Of a stretch of DNA of 40,515 nucleotides, positions 1-11,490 are shown piece after piece. Source of the stretch: Octopus bimaculoides (Eukaryota); assembly GCF_001194135.2 (NCBI RefSeq), contig NC_068984.1, forward strand, positions 113,079,432 to 113,119,946, given 5' to 3'. Position numbers and translations under genes: made by a program. Each line of letters opens with the position of its first letter. The first letter of the stretch is position 1. The notes beneath the pieces were generated by a model. That model had not been told where the DNA came from. It saw only the letters and a list, made by a program, of their open reading frames with translations, and made no database searches.

Positions 1-110
1 GATAGACCGACTCGTCCCACACGCGATAGCAGTTGTTCGACGTAAGCCCACAGCTCGGAAATGGTGGGACACTGTACGAGTGCGTGCAGAACGGTTTCGT
101 CGCTCTGCCG
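1..110 (-). mobile_element. L1/Tx1-type LINE ORF2 C-terminal (zf-RVT) fragment, runs off the window edge
   Basis: Reverse complement translates QSDETVLHALVQCPTISELWAYVEQLLSRVGRVGLS and aligns nearly base for base with ~6600-6706 (QSDETVLHALVQCPTISNLWAYVEGLLSRVGRVSLS). The 5' truncation abuts a (GATA)n run. Confidence 0.85.
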
Positions 111-131
111 ATAGATAGATAGGTAGGTAGG

Positions 132-182
<51 letters not shown>
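111..182. repeat. (GATA)n/(GGTA)n microsatellite
   Basis: Directly visible tetranucleotide run. Confidence 0.95.
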
Positions 183-183
<1 letters not shown>

Positions 184-189
184 ACATGC

Positions 190-346
190 TTCCAAATGAA
201 TTCCGCTAACCAAAACCTCTACGAAGGTATTATTCGGTTTGGTGCTCTAACAGAAGACACTTCCTGGGGATGCCGGTCGCGCCGTGGGGACTGAATCCGA
301 AACCACGTGGCTATGAACGAAATTCCTTGAACACGCAACCACACCA
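190..346 (-). mobile_element. Degenerate head of tRNA-derived SINE type B
   Basis: Reverse complement GGTGTGGTTGCGTG...GGATTCAGTCCCCAC...AAGTGTCTTCTG resembles the head of the intact copy at 10589. Confidence 0.5.
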
Positions 347-931
347 ATGCCCATAGTTAAACAATTAGAAGTAGCTTTCGAAATCACTTTCGCGAATTTG
401 GCGAAGTTAAAAGTCTGCAAGTGGCCCCAACCAATTTATTCTGATATTCACAACATTCAATCCTACCGATCGTTCTTGGCATACGTTTCTTTCCCGATTG
501 CCTTCGACTCCTACTCTCTATATCTCCTATTGGTATTCTTTCTATCTCCCTCAATTGCTCTCCTCTTCTTTTCACCATGTTCGCCTCGCTCACTCCCTCT
601 CTCTCTTCATTCATCTCTCACCACCACTTGCGCCCTTTCTCTCTCTCTATCTCTCTCCCTCTCTCTCTTTCTCTCCTCTCACTCCCTCACCCTCCCATTG
701 TCCCACTTCTTGTCTCTCTTCTCCGTATTGGCAGTCTGTGCTTATGTTGATTTCAAATCATTTCTTCTTCTTCTCTCTCAGTTTGGCAATCTCTTTTGTC
801 CGGCCGTCCATTTCTGTTTGAATATTTTGGCTGGCTCAGGTCGATTGTTCCCCATAACTCGTACATCTCACTCGCATTCTTTCCTGTTTCCCCGCCATTT
901 CGAACACACCCAAACATACAAGTACACATAA

Positions 932-966
<35 letters not shown>

Positions 967-1018
967 AAACGCGCATACAAACGCAAGCACACATGCGCAC
1001 ACAAACAAGCATATGTAA

Positions 1019-1053
<35 letters not shown>

Positions 1054-1796
1054 NNNNNNNNNNNNNNNNNNNNNNNNNNNNNNNNNNNNNNNNNNNNNNN
1101 NNNNNNNNNNNNNNNNNNNNNNNNNNNNNNNNNNNNNNNNNNNNNNNNNNNNNNNNNNNNNNNNNNNNNNNNNNNNNNNNNNNNNNNNNNNNNNNNNNNN
1201 NNNNNNNNNNNNNNNNNNNNNNNNNNNNNNNNNNNNNNNNNNNNNNNNNNNNNNNNNNNNNNNNNNNNNNNNNNNNNNNNNNNNNNNNNNNNNNNNNNNN
1301 NNNNNNNNNNNNNNNNNNNNNNNNNNNNNNNNNNNNNNNNNNNNNNNNNNNNNNNNNNNNNNNNNNNNNNNNNNNNNNNNNNNNNNNNNNNNNNNNNNNN
1401 NNNNNNNNNNNNNNNNNNNNNNNNNNNNNNNNNNNNNNNNNNNNNNNNNNNNNNNNNNNNNNNNNNNNNNNNNNNNNNNNNNNNNNNNNNNNNNNNNNNN
1501 NNNNNNNNNNNNNNNNNNNNNNNNNNNNNNNNNNNNNNNNNNNNNNNNNNNNNNNNNNNNNNNNNNNNNNNNNNNNNNNNNNNNNNNNNNNNNNNNNNNN
1601 NNNNNNNNNNNNNNNNNNNNNNNNNNNNNNNNNNNNNNNNNNNNNNNNNNNNNNNNNNNNNNNNNNNNNNNNNNNNNATATATATATATATATATATACG
1701 CATATACACATATGCATACATATATATATATATTTATATACACATATTCATATATACATAAATATATATGTACAGAGAGAGAGTGTGAGAGAGAGA

Positions 1797-1828
<32 letters not shown>

Positions 1829-3383
1829 AAGAGAAACAGACAGACAGACAGACAGACAGACAGAGTACGAGACAGGCAGATAGACAGATAGAGGGAGAGG
1901 GAGATGCAGACATTAATTTCATCGTAATATTTGTATGGCACGTCTTAGTTATGCCATCCCTTTTAGTTTTCCTGTCTTCTTAATCCTACTCTCTCTCTCC
2001 CTCTCTCCCTCTCTCACTCTTTCTCTAACTCACTCCCACCTTCTCATTTCCTTTCTTTGCACTCAACCCCTTCCTTCACGATAATCTTTTTATATCTCAA
2101 CTACGCTTTCTTGCAATTATTCACTTATTCCCTACGCAAAGTAGATAATCATACCCACCATTTTTTTTCTCTTTCTACCTCCTTACCTATTCGTCTGTTC
2201 CTCTCTCTTTCCACCTCTCTCCTCCCTCACTTTTTCTTTCTCTCCCCGTACATATATGTATGTATGCACGTATGTATGTATTTATACATATATGTATGTA
2301 NNNNNNNNNNNNNNNNNNNNNNNNNNNNNNNNNNNNNNNNNNNNNNNNNNNNNNNNNNNNNNNNNNNNNNNNNNNNNNNNNNNNNNNNNNNNNNNNNNNN
2401 NNNNNNNNNNNNNNNNNNNNNNNNNNNNNNNNNNNNNNNNNNNNNNNNNNNNNNNNNNNNNNNNNNNNNNNNNNNNNNNNNNNNNNNNNNNNNNNNNNNN
2501 NNNNNNNNNNNNNNNNNNNNNNNNNNNNNNNNNNNNNNNNNNNNNNNNNNNNNNNNNNNNNNNNNNNNNNNNNNNNNNNNNNNNNNNNNNNNNNNNNNNN
2601 NNNNNNNNNNNNNNNNNNNNNNNNNNNNNNNNNNNNNNNNNNNNNNNNNNNNNNNNNNNNNNNNNNNNNNNNNNNNNNNNNNNNNNNNNNNNNNNNNNNN
2701 NNNNNNNNNNNNNNNNNNNNNNNNNNNNNNNNNNNNNNNNNNNNNNNNNNNNNNNNNNNNNNNNNNNNNNNNNNNNNNNNNNNNNNNNNNNNNNNNNNNN
2801 NNNNNNNNNNNNNNNNNNNNNNNNNNNNNNNNNNNNNNNNNNNNNNNNNNNNNNNNNNNNNNNNNNNNNNNNATGGAGGAATGTAGTGGCGGACAAAAAA
2901 CAAGACAGGAAAACAAACGGAAAAGGCTGTGCGGCCAAGCTGATTATCCCGTCGTTGTCGGGTAATTTTCACAATAGAATGCTCTGATGAACTTTCGGTT
3001 CCAGCATAAGCTGGATTTTCTTCGTTTTGACGGGGACTTTTCATATGTGTTTTTCACGACACCCTTGCAAATGACGAGGGAAAACTTTTTATGAAAAGCA
3101 ATTTCTAAAAATTTGTGAACTCCAAACACCCCTTCCGGACCGATTTTGTCATTAAAAATTTTTTATTTATTTTCGCGCTATACACTTAAAAACAATAGGT
3201 GACACAGTCTCGGTTAGAAAAAAGAAAATTTTGAAAATTTATGAAGTTTTTCAAACCCTTCCCCACTCAATTTCGATTCTTGTCCACTTTTTTTAGCACT
3301 ACGTACTTAAAACGACGTGGGTAGCCTTGAAGGTTAATAAGAAACAATTTGGATATCGGCGATCACCACTACAATCCCCAGTT

Positions 3384-3528
3384 TTCTTTTACTTGTTTCA
3401 GTCATTTGACTGCGGAGCACCAGATCGACTCCAGAACTTATTCTTTGTAAGCTAGTACTTATTCTATCGGTCTATTTTGCCGAACGGCATCGGTTGTCAA
3501 GCGATGGTGGGGGACAAACACAGACACA

Positions 3529-3559
<31 letters not shown>

Positions 3560-3597
3560 GCGCACACACACATATATATATATATAGATAGATAGAT

Positions 3598-3628
<31 letters not shown>

Positions 3629-3797
3629 TATATACGACGGGCTTCTTTCAGTTTCCATCTACCAAATCCACTCACAAGGCTTTGGTCGGTCCGAGGCTAT
3701 AGTAGAAGACACTCGCCCAAGGTTCCACGCAGTTGGACTGAATCCAGACCTATGTAGTTGGTTAGCACACTACTTACCACACAGCCACTCCTGCGTC
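3384..3797 (-). mobile_element. tRNA-derived SINE type B with internal (CA)n(TA)n(GATA)n microsatellite
   Basis: Reverse complement aligns with 10589-10990 (head GCAGGAGTGGCTGTGTGGTAAG, body CCTTGTGAGTGGATTTGGTAGA.GGAAACTGAAAGAAGCCCGTCG, tail GCAGTCAAATGACTGAAACAAGTAAAAG). Confidence 0.8.
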
Positions 3798-4894
3798 TGA
3801 ATTTTTTTTTATCTGCATCTCTTTTGTAGCCTAGTCACTGGAAGACAGCACTCCAGATAACCTGGTGGGAATGCTTGAAGCAGAATGCTGTTCAATGAAA
3901 AAAACACCAAGAGTAGTGGTATTTATTGACACAGTGGTATGTCTCAACCATCTAAGAATAATTACGGTCTGTCCAATTGACAGATCTGTTCTGTTTGGAT
4001 ACAACCTTTACATTTCTTCAATATCGTTCCAATTGATTTCGTATTTCATGTGTTGATGTAGTTTTGTACGGTAACCATTGACAGGAAATTCATTTAATAA
4101 AGAGTTCATAGCCTTTAAAGTTTGCAAATTTAGAGTAATTTCAGCAATCCGAAAGCCATACATATACAGTAAGAAGGTAAGCTGTTACCAAGTGTCTTAC
4201 CCATATGATCATTTTTGCGTATTAAATGCTTAAAACACATGAGGTACACGATGGTCGTGAGATGTGCTAAAAATAATTTCTAAATAGGCCTTAAATCATG
4301 CACCAATTCTTTTCCTTTTTCATAATCGTATGAATTCCCGTGTATAGAATATAAATTCGCCAAAATTTCCTGAAAATTCACAAAAATAAAAAAAAAGTTA
4401 TGATGGGTAATATGGCGTGCGTAAAGCAGTATTCCGCCAGTATTTCATTTGTTTACAGTTGACAACACATGCAGTCACGCACAAAATGACAGCTTCGAAA
4501 TTCTGTTTTCTGACTTGGTAAAAATTATCAAAATTTAAATCTCTATAACATTTCTTTAAAAAAAATGTTTCTAGAGAAGTGAATTAGCCCCTGAAAGTCA
4601 ACGTGGAAATTACATCGATACACGAAATTTTGAAATTTCCATTCAACCTTAAAATTGCCACAGGTGCAGCCAAACAGAAAAGATCCCAACAAGCTTCTAC
4701 AGTTTTCTTTTAACCGATTTCCCTAACAAGGTGTGGACTGATTCGAGACAATTTTAGAAAACTATTACTTAATGTACTTTGCAAGATAGACGAATCCAGA
4801 ATTATGTAATTGGGTATCTAACCTCTTAACTACATAGTCATACATAACAATCCATGTCTGCCACCCGTTTTCTTTTCTCGTATTCTTTCCTTTC

Positions 4895-4941
<47 letters not shown>

Positions 4942-5633
4942 TTTTCTCTGAACATATATATGCATATAGAGTCATACACACATACACATACATATGTATG
5001 TATGCATGTACGTATGTATGTGTATACATTTAAGTATGTATGTGCGTACGTTTGTATGTATGTATGAGTATATGTGAGTATATGTATGAGTATATGAGTA
5101 TATGAGCATATATATAATACGTAAACTCACATTCACACATACACACAGATATATATATCAATAACCATATGCTGATAAATCATATGGTTTTTCTTTGCGT
5201 TTGAAAATAAAAATGATTAAACCTACTAATAATCTACTATCTACAGTTAATTAAAATCAAAATATTAATTAATGCACCAATCTCGCAAAACTTATTCGTA
5301 ATATCAAAACCGTCGGATTAATATTTCAGTAATACTTTACATTTATACAGTTTTATAATTAATTAAGATAATTTTATATTTAGATTATAAAGCTTTAGGT
5401 TTTCTTTTAAAGCAGTTTAACCTCAGTTTAATAATTATGCAATAAACAAGCTAGACAGGGTGGGATGTTGTCGCAGATTAGTGGAGAACTAACATTTTAT
5501 CGGTAGTAGCTTTTCCGTGGGAGTAACCAGATTTAATGGTGCTAGGTTGGATTATCAGCATAGACGAGGCTGTGGTCGATACAGGAGACAGGGATCAAAT
5601 ACCGTACTACCTTTGTGTATGAAACAGCGAGGC

Positions 5634-6447
5634 TTAATGTTGTATATCTGGATAATTGGCTGGCAGTTGCCTGAAGTTCACTAACTGGGGGTACCTCTGA
5701 TAGCAGCAGTAAGATAGCTCGTTGTTACTGTTCATGGATACTGCAAGTTGGTGAAGTATGTGTAGTCTCTCGCGGAAGCAGAGTTGACAATTGCGTGTTC
5801 CAGGTAAGTACGGAGGGGCTCTGTCAAATATACTCCATTCGATGTTGGGGAAGTTAGTCTGCTTGTCACGGAGTCTCCAGATTAAACGAGACAGAGAAGT
5901 GAAGTTTTCTCTATCCTTGCACCTAAAGGAATGCCTATGTGGTACATACCTTCTCTTGAGGTCATTGAATGTCTGTTATGTCCGTGTAGTGTCTTGTAAT
6001 GTCATCGAATGGTGTGAGGGTGGCACTATATACGACAACCTTTGACAGGCAGGATTATCCTAGTGGGCACTTGAAAGAGTTACAGGTTGGACTATGTATT
6101 GAAGGCTGTGTAGGTGTGTTTTTAAGGGTACTGTAACGTGCAATGTCGGAAGCGATGTTGTCTAATCAGGAGTAACTGATCTTGATGTTGAGATGTTTAT
6201 AATACTTATGAGTTCAAGACAAAGAATTTTTTTAATCTTCGTCAGGAAGATTCGAGACACATTGGTTATAACTTCTAGGTTAAACGAAAAAATTGAACCA
6301 GATCGTCTTTGTCTTTCTCACACTCCTCCAGTTCAGAGGTGGGTTTGGGGTGGTGTTCTCAATATACCATAATTTATCAGTGAATCCACTCGTTGTTAAT
6401 GCCTCGATCTGATAGTTTGGGGGCCTGTTGAAAATATCTCTATCCAT
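5634..6447 (-). pseudogene. Decayed Penelope-like retroelement ORF (RT C-terminus/thumb, Cys linker, GIY-YIG endonuclease), probably Neptune-like
   Basis: Manual minus-strand translation across frameshifts: YQIEALTTSGFTDKLWY...RKTKTIWFN / FNLEVITNVSRIFLTKIKK / HKYYKHLNIKISYS*LDNIAS...CNSFKCPLG*SCLSKVVVYSATL...HYTDIT / KRRYVPHRHSFR...FTSLSRLIWRL...IEWSIFDRAPPY...CQLCFRERLHIL...MNSNNEL. This matches the motif order of C-terminal-endonuclease PLEs (IWFNPP, KISYSC, CxC..CPL..CL, VY, YIG, H..SF, LS..IW, CxLC..E). Confidence 0.85.
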
Positions 6448-6464
6448 TGATAATTTAGAGAGAC

Positions 6465-7320
6465 GACTTTCAGGTCGGACTTATGGACAACTTCCAGAGA
6501 TCCCTGGCCTGGCAGTGCTATCGAGAAGCACTACCCGTTCGGGATAAGCTCTATAGGCATGGCTCTAGAAACACGGGGTCGACCTGCCCGAGATGCGGTC
6601 AGAGCGACGAAACCGTTCTGCACGCACTCGTGCAGTGTCCAACCATTTCCAACCTGTGGGCCTATGTCGAAGGATTACTATCGCGTGTGGGACGAGTCAG
6701 TTTATCAACCGAGTCTATCGTGAATTTTGTCGCGCCTCCTTCCTTGAAACGGGAAGGAAGAGCCATTTTCATCGTACTTGTGGGTATGGCGAAAGAATGT
6801 GTACGGTGGACGCGTCTGAAAGGTCTAGATACAAACACTTTCCTCTCTGATGAATCTCTCATAAGCTTCTTCAAGTATCACTTGAAGAGGAAGTTGAGAG
6901 TAGAGAAAGAAGTTTTGTCTAGTGAATGTTTCAAAAAAAGCTGGGTGAAGGAAGCAAGGATGGCACGTGTGATTGAGGATGCCACCTTGAGCATAATCCT
7001 ATGAACCAAAAAAAAAAGAAAGGTAAAAAAAGAGTCACTTACTGTAATGCGTTTTTTGTTTTTTTTTGTTTTTTTGCATGACATTATTGCCCGCGGTCTT
7101 TTCCGTAGTCATTTCTTTCAACGGATAAACCTAATCTGTCTCCCCTTTTTACATCATAGCATGTCTGTGATACACGATCCCTATTAATCGGCTTTTTTTT
7201 AACGATCCTTTTTGATCGAATTTCTACCCTCTTTCCTTTTTTCCTTCTCTTTCCAAAAAGAAAAGCTGTACTTTTATTTTGTCCCCTCTGTGTTCAGCCC
7301 TGTATGGCCAATAAAGAAAC
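6465..7320 (+). mobile_element. 5'-truncated L1/Tx1-type LINE: ORF2 C-terminus (6483-7004, zf-RVT), 3' UTR and AATAAA tail
   Basis: ORF has CPRCGQSDETVLHALVQCPTISNLW (C-x2-C-x9-H-x4-C..W zinc knuckle). An in-frame stop at 6456-6458 marks the truncation. The T-rich 3' UTR ends in CCAATAAAGAAAC. Confidence 0.9.
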
Positions 7321-7334
7321 ATATNNNNNNNNNN

Positions 7335-7591
7335 TAAACAACATGAAATACAACAACAAAAGTGTTCAATACGCAAACAACGAGAGAAACAAATGGAAAA
7401 CAGGATATGTAGTATAAAGAACGACCCTTCATCAGTTGTCGGCTGTCTATCTACTCCTCATGCTCGAAATAAGGGGTACATAGACAGCCGATAACTGATA
7501 AAGTGCAGTTCTCTATGTTACTTGTCCCGCTTTTCATTTGTTTCTCTCTTTGCGTATTGTACTCTTTTGTTTTCGTATTCCATGTTGTTTA
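7335..7591. repeat. ~257-bp imperfect fold-back palindrome
   Basis: Arms ~7335-7450 and ~7480-7591 are reverse complements: ATCAGTTGTCGGCTGTCTAT / ATAGACAGCCGATAACTGAT inside, TAAACAACATG / CATGTTGTTTA outside. Loop is ~29 nt. Confidence 0.85.
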
Positions 7592-7614
7592 CTGTTGGTG
7601 ACGTCCTGCACCCA

Positions 7615-7624
7615 TATATGTATG

Positions 7625-7673
<49 letters not shown>

Positions 7674-7740
7674 TTATGTATGTAAACATATATACATACA
7701 TACATACATATATATGTACATCTATCTCTCTATCTCTCTC

Positions 7741-7775
<35 letters not shown>

Positions 7776-7777
7776 AT

Positions 7778-7819
<42 letters not shown>

Positions 7820-7900
7820 ATTTATCTATCTCTCTATCTATCTCTCTACCTATCTATCTATCTATCTATCTATCTTTCTATTTATCTATCTATCTATCTG
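7615..7900. repeat. Compound (TA)n/(TACA)n/(TATC)n microsatellite
   Basis: Directly visible. Confidence 0.95.
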
Positions 7901-8034
7901 ACTCTATGTATCTGCGACCCACTTCATACAGACATAGACGTAAGGAAGTGCGCCTGTGTGCGCGCGCATACAGCCCAACACTCCCACACAAATATAACTC
8001 ATTATGCATATATATAAAAGATATACATACATAA

Positions 8035-8074
<40 letters not shown>

Positions 8075-8131
8075 CATTATACTTTTATATACATACGTGC
8101 TCTCATAAATACATATTTACACACATAGGAA

Positions 8132-8171
<40 letters not shown>

Positions 8172-8719
8172 CTTGTATATATGTACACGTATGGGTTTAC
8201 ATATGTACACATATACACGAAAATATGTAAACACACGTATATTCATTTAATGTATAGACACAGAGACACACATACCTACATATAACTAGCGAGCCTACAC
8301 GCACGTGTTTGTGTGTGTGTAAGTGTATGCGTGTGCGTGTGTGCATGTGCATGTGTGCGTGTGTCCGTGCGTGCGTGCGTGCGTGCGTGCGTGTGCGTGT
8401 GCATACACGCGCACGCATTTCTATTTGCCAGACATCAGCATCCTCTGCTTAGCTTAGCTAGTTTCGGGAAGATGTAATTAAATGGGGCGAGACGAACGCT
8501 ATTCATTGAACACATTAGCGTGATTGTATAGGAAACGGCCGGATGCTTCAGATGCTAAAAAGGTTCAATACATTGAAAGAGATTCGACTTAACAAAAAGG
8601 AAATATCACTGACCGAAGGAGGCAAGGGGCAAGAATTGAAGAAGCAACAGAGCAAAAGGCTTTCTAGAGCTTGAAACAGTTCCAATGTAGAAATAAAAGA
8701 GGTCGTGGTGATGTTGCAG

Positions 8720-8745
8720 ATATTTGTTGCTGTTATTGTTGTAGC

Positions 8746-8779
<34 letters not shown>

Positions 8780-9421
8780 GCTGTTGTTGTTGTTGTTGTA
8801 GTGGTGGTGGGTGCATCGTCGCTGGTTTTATGATATCAATAACAGAAGGAGTGCTGTTGATGATGGTGATAATAANNNNNNNNNNNNNNNNNNNNNNNNN
8901 NNNNNNNNNNNNNNNNNNNNNNNNNNNNNNNNNNNNNNNNNNNNNNNNNNNNNNNNNNNNNNNNNNNNNNNNNNNNNNNNNNNNNNNNNNNNNNNNNNNN
9001 NNNNNNNNNNNNNNNNNNNNNNNNNNNNNNNNNNNNNNNNNNNNNNNNNNNNNNNNNNNNNNNNNNNNNNNNNNNNNNNNNNNNNNNNNNNNNNNNNNNN
9101 NNNNNNNNNNNNNNNNNNNNNNNNNNNNNNNNNNNNNNNNNNNNNNNNNNNNNNNNNNNNNNNNNNNNNNNNNNNNNNNNNNNNNNNNNNNNNNNNNNNN
9201 NNNNNNNNNNNNNNNNNNNNNNNNNNNNNNNNNNNNNNNNNNNNNNNNNNNNNNNNNNNNNNNNNNNNNNNNNNNNNNNNNNNNNNNNNNNNNNNNNNNN
9301 NNNNNNNNNNNNNNNNNNNNNNNNNNNNNNNNNNNNNNNNNNNNNNNNNNNNNNNNNNNNNNNNNNNNNNNNNNNNNNNNNNNGGTGGTGGTGGTGGTGG
9401 TGGTAGTAGTAGTAGTACTAC

Positions 9422-9455
<34 letters not shown>
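8720..9455. repeat. (GTT)n...(GGT)n(AGT)n triplet tract spanning an N-gap
   Basis: Directly visible on both sides of gap 8877-9383. Confidence 0.9.
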
Positions 9456-9456
<1 letters not shown>

Positions 9457-9626
9457 ACGGTGGCCTGGAAAAACGGTGCTGGGATTGTGTTGGTGCGGCC
9501 GTTAGTGGTTTTGAACTGTCAGTAACCTTTGGTCGTTTCTCCGACACAATGCAAAGGTGCTGTGCCAGGGTTTGTCCCGACAGAAGTATATTTGAAACAC
9601 TTTTAAATCGCACCTATGCATTCCCA

Positions 9627-9674
<48 letters not shown>

Positions 9675-9952
9675 CGCACGTACAGACAAGTACATTCACA
9701 CACGTACTTATAAATGTCTGTGTCAATATATATACAACAACGCTTATTAATAAATTTTATTGACAGTATCAATAATATTATTGAATATATATTAATAACA
9801 TTTGACTCTACACTTGTACCGAGTCATATTTATTCGGTTAATGTTNNNNNNNNNNTATATATATTATATGTATATGTGTATGTATATATATATATATGTG
9901 TGTGAGTTTGTGTGCGTGTGTTTGTGTATGTGTGTGTATGTGTGTGTGTATG

Positions 9953-10265
9953 CGAGGCTGCGCTGTAAGAAGCTTGCTTCCAAGTCGCCGACCAAAGCGT
10001 GCTGAGTGGAATTGGTAGAGAGAAACTGAACGTAAGTCCATCGTATGAGCGTGTGCGTGCGTGCGCGTGCGTGCGCGTGTGTGTGTATGTATATTTATGT
10101 GTATGTGTGTGCCATTGTTTGTTCTCCACCATCGCTAGAGAGCCGGTGTTGGTGCGTTTACGTGCCCTTAAAGTAGCGGTCCCGCATAAGAGACTCGATA
10201 GAATAATTACTATGATTAAAAAGATAAATGTTGGGGTCGATTTCTTCGACTAAAACTCTTCAAGT
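9953..10265 (+). mobile_element. Internally deleted, degenerate SINE type B
   Basis: CTGTAAGAAGCTTGCTT..GACCAAAGC..GAGTGGAATTGGTAGA..GAAACTGAA, internal (GT)n, then CCACCATCGCT...GGGGTCGATTTCTTCGACTAAAA, as in the other B copies. Confidence 0.65.
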
Positions 10266-10588
10266 CATTGTGCCGCAAACTATCCCATTACACCGTCACA
10301 ACGTGTTGTTTACATTCCACAGCAGTAATCCTTTTCACCTCACTAGACGTCGGTGATTGGTTGAAATTACCGAAATACGACAATTTTAACACGAAATAAC
10401 TTTAAAAATATAGACATTTTTCAACAACACTAAGAGTAAAAGATGTTTTATATGACACATTCTACTAGTGTCCCAAGTTTGAAAGTGTTTCGTTAAGAAA
10501 ACAAATGGTGTCCACCAAATCAGAATGATCCTGTGCCGCAGTCACGTGACTGAAACAAAGAAACAATATATGTATCTATGTGTATATA

Positions 10589-10990
10589 GGCGTAGGTGTG
10601 GCTGTGTGGTAAGTAGCTTGCTTACCAGCCACATGGTCCTGGGTTCTGTCCTACTGCATGGCGCCTTGAGCAAGAGTCTTCGACTATAGCCTCGGGCCAA
10701 CCAAAACCTTGTGAGTGGATTTGGTAGACGGAAACTGAAAGAATCCCGTCGTATATATCCATTTATATACATTTGTGTGTGAGAGTCTGTGTGTCATTGT
10801 GTCTGTATTTGTCCCCCTCCCCCACTGTCACCGCTTGAGAACCGGTTTTGGTGCGTTTACATCTCCGTAACTTAACGGTTCGGCAAAACAGACCGATAAA
10901 ATAAGTACTGGGGTCTATTCACTCGATTAAAATTTCAAGGCGGTGCCCCAGCATGGCCGCAGTCTAATGTCTGAAACAAGTGGAAAATAA
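10589..10990 (+). mobile_element. Near full-length tRNA-derived SINE type B
   Basis: A-box-like GTGGCTGTGTGG and B-box-like GGGTTCTGTCC; CORE-like CCTTGAGCAAG; internal microsatellite; tail GGCGGTGCCCCAGCATGGCCGCAGTCTAATG.CTGAAACAAG. Homologous copies occur elsewhere in the window. Confidence 0.85.
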
Positions 10991-11490
10991 ATGACATAAT
11001 CCAAATTATCAGAAAACAAATTATCAGAAAACTTATTCAAATAATTGTTCGTGGAATGGACCTAATAAAATTAGTTAGAGTACATTCGATATTTCATATT
11101 TAAAGCCGATGTGAATATTTCTACCTAGATATTGGTCCTACTTCAGATTCAAAATCGAATCCACAATTGCCCCCTAGCTATACAGCCAAACTACTGGATT
11201 AATCTATACCAAATTTGCCATGAAGGCAAATCACTCGAAGAAGGTTCCGGTGGTGGGGGACACTAAATTTTTAACTATGTTTCAAAAACAGAAATATGCC
11301 TTACATACTTGTTGTATACGTCGATTTTGTTTTCCCGCTTTAAAGGTAAACGATTCTGATAGAAGCAAACACGATATTGAATAATGCTCCGTCATACGTC
11401 TACAACCCCACCTCTTTTATTAAAAGTAAAGATGAACACTTTTTAATTATGATAATGAAACAAGAGGTTTAGTCCTTACCACCAAAATTC

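Noticed and set aside
2874-3337. Possible piggyBac-like end (...CCTTGAAGG|TTAA)
   Set aside because: Only one putative end is visible (the other side is a gap), with no TIR partner and no coding match.
7420-7470. CTGATGA on the minus strand of the fold-back as a hammerhead core
   Set aside because: No GAAA or cleavage triplet in the required geometry.
10266-10500. DNA-transposon-like interior ending in GTTTCG|TTAA
   Set aside because: No matching left TIR or TSD could be found by eye.
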